The notes under the pieces were generated by a model, which saw only the letters and a list, made by a program, of their open reading frames with translations, searched no databases and had not been told where the DNA came from. A stretch of DNA of 64,000 nt from a virus, in IMG/VR virus record IMGVR_UViG_3300045988_163643, positions 128,001 through 192,000 of that record. One strand, given 5' to 3'. This document shows, piece after piece, positions 58,295 through 64,000 of this stretch (the first letter of the stretch is position 1; each line of letters opens with the position of its first letter). A program made the position numbers and the translations under genes.

Positions 58295-58867
58295 ATGAAA
58301 ATTTATGTAAATAATTTAGGAATAACTTGTGTTGAACCTGATGAAGGATATCTTCTTAAAAAAGGAGATATGATATGTAAAAAAGCATACCTAGGTATCA
58401 ATGATAGAGCTGAATTATATGAACAAATAGTTGATGAAAATTATGTTTATAAAGAAAAAGATGAAAAAGAAGAAGTAACGGAAACTTCTTCTTTAGATTC
58501 TATTAAGACTGAATTAATTAAATTAAGTAAATCAAAGTTATCTACTTACTTAGAAGAACATCCTTTATTTTCTAAAGCTAAATATGAAGATGGTAGATAT
58601 TATAATGTAGATAGCGACCATCAATCAAGAATTGCTTCACAATTATTATTATATCAAGGTAATATGTCTTTAGGTTTAGAGTATCAATTAACATGGAATG
58701 ATACAGGTAGTGTATGTGAAAATTGGACTTTTGAAGAATTGTTTAGATTATCCAATGAAATAAATGCTTATATAAAACCGATAATAAAAAAACAACAAGA
58801 AATAGAAGTAGATATAAGAAATACTAAAACTAAAGAAGAATTAGATAAAATAGAAATAAAATATTAA
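58295..58867 (+). CDS. hypothetical protein (possible fiber assembly/accessory)
   Basis: 190-aa ORF. The RBS context TAGGAGAGTGATAAAA is identical to that of the gene at 41898. Confidence 0.55.
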   Translation: MKIYVNNLGITCVEPDEGYLLKKGDMICKKAYLGINDRAELYEQIVDENYVYKEKDEKEEVTETSSLDSIKTELIKLSKSKLSTYLEEHPLFSKAKYEDGRYYNVDSDHQSRIASQLLLYQGNMSLGLEYQLTWNDTGSVCENWTFEELFRLSNEINAYIKPIIKKQQEIEVDIRNTKTKEELDKIEIKY

Positions 58868-58887
58868 CAAGTGTAAAAGTCTTATTA

Positions 58888-58923
58888 TACCTATGAGAGT
58901 AAATACTTTCATAGGTATTTTTT
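58888..58923 (+). terminator. rho-independent terminator
   Basis: 9-bp stem TACCTATGA/TCATAGGTA followed by T6. Confidence 0.75.
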
Positions 58924-58991
58924 ATTTGAAAAAAAATAAAAAATAGATGAGAACTTCCGGCTCATTTATTTAAAGAAATTTGGTGATAATA

Positions 58992-59384
58992 ATGAAAAAT
59001 AATACAATTAAAGACATAATATTATTTGTAATATTTGGTTTATTATATTGTGGACTTGAAATATTATGGAGAGGATATACACATCCATCTATGTTTGTAG
59101 TAGGTGGCATATGTTGTTTACTAGTTGGATTGATTAATGAAATAACTCCTAATATGCCTATGTGGTTACAATGTTTATTAAGTGCTATTATCATAACAAT
59201 AATAGAATTTTTAAGTGGATGTATTCTTAATTTATGGTTAAATTTAAGTGTATGGAATTATACAAATATGCCATTGAATCTATTAGGGCAAGTATGTTTA
59301 CCTTTTTCAGTAGCATGGTTTTTCTTATCATATATAGCTATAAAACTAGATGATTGGCTAAGAAGAATATTATTTCATGAATAA
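58992..59384 (+). CDS. small multi-pass membrane protein (DUF1113-like; holin candidate)
   Basis: ATG 58992 follows GGTGA. It has four hydrophobic segments and the motifs ..GLEILWRG.. and ..WNYTNMPLN... Confidence 0.5.
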   Translation: MKNNTIKDIILFVIFGLLYCGLEILWRGYTHPSMFVVGGICCLLVGLINEITPNMPMWLQCLLSAIIITIIEFLSGCILNLWLNLSVWNYTNMPLNLLGQVCLPFSVAWFFLSYIAIKLDDWLRRILFHE

Positions 59385-59410
59385 GTAACTATTAATAAAA
59401 GTCTTATTAT

Positions 59411-59448
59411 ACTCATGTAAAGAGTTATTTCTTTACATGAGTTTTTTT
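59411..59448 (+). terminator. rho-independent terminator
   Basis: 12-bp stem ACTCATGTAAAG/CTTTACATGAGT followed by T7. Confidence 0.8.
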
Positions 59449-59472
59449 ATTTAAAATTAAGGAGATGATAAA

Positions 59473-59859
59473 ATGAGAGTAAATTTAACAATAGATAATA
59501 AAGATAAAATTATTGAATTTCATTATAAGAAGGTGAAAGGAAATATTACAATTAAATTCATTGACGATGATACTGGTGAAGTTATAAAAACAAAAATATT
59601 ATCTGATTTAGAACTTGGTACACATAATATAAAACCTACAGAAATAGAAGGGTACAAATTCGTAGGGGAAGAGATTGTTGAAGAAATAGAAGAAGACGAA
59701 GAAGATTATGATGAAGAATACGATGAAGATGAAATAGATGATGATGAATATGACGAAGAGATAGAAGAAGATGATGATGAAATAGAAGAATTAGAAGACG
59801 ACGAATTAGATTCTATTAAAAAATTTGTAGATGGATTAAGTGGAAAGGATGGGAAATAA
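59473..59859 (+). CDS. MucBP-like domain protein with a poly-acidic C-terminal tail
   Basis: ..GNITIKFIDDDTGEVIKT...IEGYKFVGEE.. is followed by about 50 aa that are almost entirely Asp/Glu. Confidence 0.5.
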   Translation: MRVNLTIDNKDKIIEFHYKKVKGNITIKFIDDDTGEVIKTKILSDLELGTHNIKPTEIEGYKFVGEEIVEEIEEDEEDYDEEYDEDEIDDDEYDEEIEEDDDEIEELEDDELDSIKKFVDGLSGKDGK

Positions 59860-60243
59860 ATGGATAATAAAGAATTATTAGAACAATTAAAAAAATGTCT
59901 TAGCATATGTGATAGTTTAAAAGCTGAGAAAGAAGAATTAATACGACAATTAGAAGAAGAAAAACAAACAAATGAACAATTATCTAAAACTTTAGTTGAA
60001 GCAAACAATGCAGTCGTTGAAACAATAGATGTCTTAGGTAAAACAAATAATTCTATTATGGAATTTAAAGAAGGCGTTTTAAATTATCAAGCTTATGTAA
60101 CGGTTTCATTAGATAATATGTATAAAAAGGTTAATAGTATCATAGAAAATGAAGAAGTAAGAAAAGAAGATTTAAGTAAATTTAAAGACGAAGTAGAAAA
60201 TGTAATAAAAGAATTAGAAGAATTAAATAAAGAATTAAGCTGA
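59860..60243 (+). CDS. coiled-coil protein
   Basis: 127-aa ORF whose ATG directly abuts the previous stop. Confidence 0.55.
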   Translation: MDNKELLEQLKKCLSICDSLKAEKEELIRQLEEEKQTNEQLSKTLVEANNAVVETIDVLGKTNNSIMEFKEGVLNYQAYVTVSLDNMYKKVNSIIENEEVRKEDLSKFKDEVENVIKELEELNKELS

Positions 60244-60253
60244 GGTGAATTCA

Positions 60254-61198
60254 ATGGATAAAAAAGAAAAAGAAGATGATAAAAAAGTAGATGTGCTTAG
60301 CAGTTCTTTATCAACAACAGTTAAGAAAAATTACGCAATGGAACAAAGTAAAATTAAATTATTTTGGAATAAAGGAATCACTGGAGAAGGAATAAAAGTT
60401 GGAATAGTTGACACAGGTTTACAATTAGACCATCCTATGTATAATGGAAAAATATTATGTGGTAAAAATTTCTCTAATGATGGTAATTCTGAAGATAATT
60501 TATCTAGTAATCATTATCATGGAACTGCCGTAACATCTTTAGTATGTGGCGATTATATGAATTATCAAGCTTATGGTATAGCACCTGATTGTAAAATTGT
60601 AATAGGTAAAGCTATGAATGATAAAGGTGTAGGTAATGCTACTAATATAGCCAATGCAATAACATATTGTGTACAACAAGGAGTAGATATAATAAATTGT
60701 TCTTTGGGGTGTGTAGATGATACACAAGTATTAAGAAATGCTGTAAATTTAGCAGTTTCAAATGGTATATCAATAGTTTGTGCTAGTGGTAATGATGGGC
60801 ATAATGATACAGATGGAAGTGTTAGAGAAGTAAGATACCCAGGTGCTTATGGTGAAAGTATTTGTGTAGGTGCAATAGATATAAATTTTAAGGTAACTGA
60901 TTTTAGTAATTCAAATGAATTTGTTGATGTTGTAGCACCAGGACAAGATATATTATGTGCCTATCCTGGTGATAAATATGCCATAATAAGTGGAACTTCA
61001 TTTGCTACACCTATAATAAGTGGAATATTAGCATTACTTAAACAAAAATTTAGAATAGACTTTAAAAGAGACCCAGTTGAATCAGAATTATATGGTATGT
61101 TATTAAAATATACCAGAGAGATTAAAGGAGTTCCAAGAAGTATGCAAGGGAACGGTTACATAGATTGTTCAATACGTAGGGAAAAAATTATAAAATAA
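60254..61198 (+). CDS. subtilisin-like serine protease (peptidase S8)
   Basis: Catalytic triad motifs are VGIVDTG (Asp), HYHGTAV (His) and SGTSFATP (Ser). ATG 60254 follows GAGGTGA. Confidence 0.8.
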   Translation: MDKKEKEDDKKVDVLSSSLSTTVKKNYAMEQSKIKLFWNKGITGEGIKVGIVDTGLQLDHPMYNGKILCGKNFSNDGNSEDNLSSNHYHGTAVTSLVCGDYMNYQAYGIAPDCKIVIGKAMNDKGVGNATNIANAITYCVQQGVDIINCSLGCVDDTQVLRNAVNLAVSNGISIVCASGNDGHNDTDGSVREVRYPGAYGESICVGAIDINFKVTDFSNSNEFVDVVAPGQDILCAYPGDKYAIISGTSFATPIISGILALLKQKFRIDFKRDPVESELYGMLLKYTREIKGVPRSMQGNGYIDCSIRREKIIK

Positions 61199-61216
61199 AT
61201 AGAAAGGAGAAATAAA

Positions 61217-62395
61217 ATGTTTGATAAGGATAATAAATTTGGATTTATTAGTAATAATGAAAATTCAAATAATAACATAGAAGGATTAGATAAAATTAAG
61301 ACAGATATAAATAATATTAAAAGTGATTTAGGTGATGAAGAATTAACTACTGTTAATAAAGATGTTAAAGGTGCGATAAATGAAGTTAATGCACAATATA
61401 AAGATATTGCGAAAAATAAACAAATATTGTTAGTAACTCAAGAACAATATGAAAATCTTATCTCTGGTAAAGACGTTACTATTGATGGTGTCAAATATAC
61501 TTATGATGAAAACATTATATATGGAATAACAGACGATATTGCTTCTAATAATATACTAACTAGCCCTAATGGGACAGAATATATTCTCAAAGTCGACGAC
61601 AATGGTAATCTATCTACCGAAATAAAACCAATAATTTGTACTTCTGTATCACTAAATAAATCCAACTTGACTTTTAATTCGAAGTCTGAACAGACATTAA
61701 CTGCCACATTTACTCCAGTTAATACTTCTGAAGGTAAAGTTTGGAGTTCAAGTAATGAGTCTGTAGCAAAAGTAGCAAATGGTATTGTGACTCCTGTTTC
61801 TAATGGTCAATGCACTATAAAAATAACTTGTGGAACAAAAAGTGCTACTTGTTCAGTAGTTATAAATATGCCTGTAGAAATTAAAGACTTTACAAATTAT
61901 GCTTATAATACAGATACTTTTACAAATCCTACTTCAACTAATCTACAAAATAACAAGACTTATTATACGATATATAATTTGAACAAAACTATAAATGATG
62001 GAGTAATGACATTAACAAAAAAAGATAACTTAACATCAAACGATAACGCTTATTTATTAATAAAATTAGGAATTGCTGATAATAATACTTATTATTGTAG
62101 AGCTAAAATTAAAACTAATGGTAGTCAGCTTACAGCCGGAAATAATCAAAAACAAGATAAAGATAGTGTCCTTAATGATGGAGAATGGCATTTAGTAAGT
62201 TATATTTTTAAAGATAGTAATGCTAATATGAATAGTTTTACTATTGAATGTGCAACTTTAAATAGTGGAGAATCTGTTCAAATCAAAGAACTTATGAAAA
62301 TTAATTTAACTGAGATATATGGAATTAACGATGAGCCGACGAAGGAAGTTTGTGATACTATATTTACTACTTATAAAACTGGATTAATAGGGTAG
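61217..62395 (+). CDS. Big_2 (bacterial Ig-like) domain protein with fiber-type N-terminus
   Basis: Contains ..VKGAINEV.. and a Big_2-like SVSLNKSNLTF..TLTATFTPVNTSEGKVWSSSNESVAKV.. Confidence 0.55.
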   Translation: MFDKDNKFGFISNNENSNNNIEGLDKIKTDINNIKSDLGDEELTTVNKDVKGAINEVNAQYKDIAKNKQILLVTQEQYENLISGKDVTIDGVKYTYDENIIYGITDDIASNNILTSPNGTEYILKVDDNGNLSTEIKPIICTSVSLNKSNLTFNSKSEQTLTATFTPVNTSEGKVWSSSNESVAKVANGIVTPVSNGQCTIKITCGTKSATCSVVINMPVEIKDFTNYAYNTDTFTNPTSTNLQNNKTYYTIYNLNKTINDGVMTLTKKDNLTSNDNAYLLIKLGIADNNTYYCRAKIKTNGSQLTAGNNQKQDKDSVLNDGEWHLVSYIFKDSNANMNSFTIECATLNSGESVQIKELMKINLTEIYGINDEPTKEVCDTIFTTYKTGLIG

Positions 62396-62403
62396 GTGAG
62401 AAT

Positions 62404-64000
62404 ATGTTGTACAAAAATAGAAATAAAATATCTAAATTTATATATAGGGGTAATCCTATAAAATTAATACTTCCTAATAAAAATACTCATATCCCCCCTA
62501 TTAGTCCAACAGAATATTGGGAAGCACCAATACAAGAAGCATCAACATATAAACCTTGGAGTTATTCAGAGTTGATTTCTAAATATGATGAACTTGTAGC
62601 ACAATCACCTAATTATATAACAAAATATAGATATGAAAAAAATGGAGTTCCAGTATTAACAAAAAATGGCAATTTCGAAATGTTTCATTATGTTCTAGAA
62701 CCTGAAAAATATACCAAAACATTCTTTATACAAGCTGGTATACATGGCAATGAAATGGATGCGAAACAACAACTTCTAAAAGTGGTTAATATACTTGTAA
62801 ATAAAGTTAATGAACCTGGATACGAGAATTGGAAAAATATTAGAAATAATGTAAGGCTGGTTATAATACCCTGTGTCTCACCTTATGGTCACGAAACTAG
62901 TACTATGAATATACCTTATAATGATGCTCAAGGAGGCATAAATCCAAATAGGAACTACGATTTTAACCATCAATATGCAATACCAGGTACCGGTGTAGGT
63001 GGAAGTATTGTTATGGAGTTAGAAGAATGTCAACACACTTTTGATGTTATGAATAAAATAGGAGTTGAAAATATAGATTATGCCATGGATTGGCATGATG
63101 GAGGAGCTATTCAGAAGCACTTTTGGATTAATTACAGTGTAGATGGATATAATAGAAATATGGTTAATAATTTAGTGGCTCATTTTATTGATAAATTTAA
63201 TATAGAAAGCCCAATTATACCAGATTGTAAAGATGGAGCTACAACAGGTATTGCGTCAATGTTTTTCGCTAAATCTTTAGGATTAAATGGTAGCGTTGTT
63301 GAATGGTTAGGTGGATTACTAGGTTATGATTTCCAAAGTGACCAAATGACAAAAAGTTTAGAATTAAGAGGTAATATGATATTACAAGCTTACAAATTAA
63401 ATAAAAAGGGTTGGGAAATATATGAAGAACCATCGCAACAATATTTTAAATTTGATTATCCTAAAGCGTTTACAGTAGATAGTCTTAGAAAAGATGAAGC
63501 AGAAGATGTAACTAAAGTTACAGATGATAAAATTTATTCAAGATGGGATAAATTACAAATTAAATACCCTTCATTAATAACTAAATCAGCTAAACTTGGT
63601 TTAAGTTCGGCTGGTCAACCTATATATACTTATACATTTGGTACTGGTAGTCAAAAAGTATTATATATTGGTGGAGTAATGAGATATGGAGGGACACATA
63701 AAATCGATGAATTTGCAATATATGAACTTATAGAATATTTATGCAATGACTATATCGTTAAACAATCAAGATTTTTGCGAGATTTGAAAGATAATTATAA
63801 GATTATAGTACTCCCTTGCATTGATAATGTTGCCACAAATAATTCAGAACAAGGAAAAAATGGAATTAATAATATGATATTAAATAGAGATAAATGGGAA
63901 ATTGTAAATGGAAAATGTCAACCTACAGCATATGCGTTAAGTGTCCATGATGTACCTATTGTAAAGAATATAATAGATAGTAACAAAGATTTAAAAGTTA
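62404..64000 (+). CDS. M14-family zinc carboxypeptidase-like protein (two M14-like halves; cell-wall peptidase/endolysin candidate), 3' end outside window
   Basis: ATG 62404 follows AGGTGA, and the frame is open to the window end. Motifs are IHGNEMD (HxxE), NPNRNYDF and DWHDGG. The ORF is absent from the track because no stop lies within the window. Confidence 0.6.
   Translation, partial: MLYKNRNKISKFIYRGNPIKLILPNKNTHIPPISPTEYWEAPIQEASTYKPWSYSELISKYDELVAQSPNYITKYRYEKNGVPVLTKNGNFEMFHYVLEPEKYTKTFFIQAGIHGNEMDAKQQLLKVVNILVNKVNEPGYENWKNIRNNVRLVIIPCVSPYGHETSTMNIPYNDAQGGINPNRNYDFNHQYAIPGTGVGGSIVMELEECQHTFDVMNKIGVENIDYAMDWHDGGAIQKHFWINYSVDGYNRNMVNNLVAHFIDKFNIESPIIPDCKDGATTGIASMFFAKSLGLNGSVVEWLGGLLGYDFQSDQMTKSLELRGNMILQAYKLNKKGWEIYEEPSQQYFKFDYPKAFTVDSLRKDEAEDVTKVTDDKIYSRWDKLQIKYPSLITKSAKLGLSSAGQPIYTYTFGTGSQKVLYIGGVMRYGGTHKIDEFAIYELIEYLCNDYIVKQSRFLRDLKDNYKIIVLPCIDNVATNNSEQGKNGINNMILNRDKWEIVNGKCQPTAYALSVHDVPIVKNIIDSNKDLKV

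Noticed and set aside
58970-59194. 74-aa minus-strand ORF overlapping the membrane-protein gene
   Set aside because: The plus-strand ORF has an RBS, four clear hydrophobic segments and a downstream terminator. The minus ORF has none of these.

Overview
AT-rich, single-strand-oriented (all credible genes on +) late/structural region of a tailed phage, most likely a long-tailed siphovirus of a low-GC Gram-positive host. That assignment is an inference from GGAGGTGA-type RBSs, gene order and domain content. Gene order is: capsid gene 3' end, five small connector-type ORFs, major tail protein, two chaperone-position ORFs, a free-standing GIY-YIG endonuclease, a giant tape measure gene, Dit, Tal-like protein, four very large fiber/host-recognition proteins, BppU-like baseplate paralogs, a phosphoesterase-domain protein, a CotH+LRR giant protein, a small membrane protein, and accessory/lysis-proximal genes (S8 protease, M14 peptidase). 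The dominant feature is that four tail-module genes are interrupted by eleven group I introns. Ten belong to one T4-td-like family and one is a distinct type. Four of them carry a zinc-ribbon-repeat/Vsr-like endonuclease ORF, each with its own sigma-A-type promoter (three consensus or near-consensus, one weaker). After conceptual splicing, the tape measure protein is about 4,380 aa in 5 exons, the major tail protein about 183 aa in 3 exons, the LTD-metallophosphoesterase 872 aa in 4 exons, and the CotH-LRR protein about 2,140 aa in 3 exons. Exon junctions were derived by hand from helix covariation, a conserved 3' tail and reading-frame or motif continuity. They are good to about +/-1-6 nt and need cDNA confirmation. 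No tRNA, rRNA, CRISPR array, integrase or reverse transcriptase was seen. All family names are recognised from motifs by eye; no database search was run.
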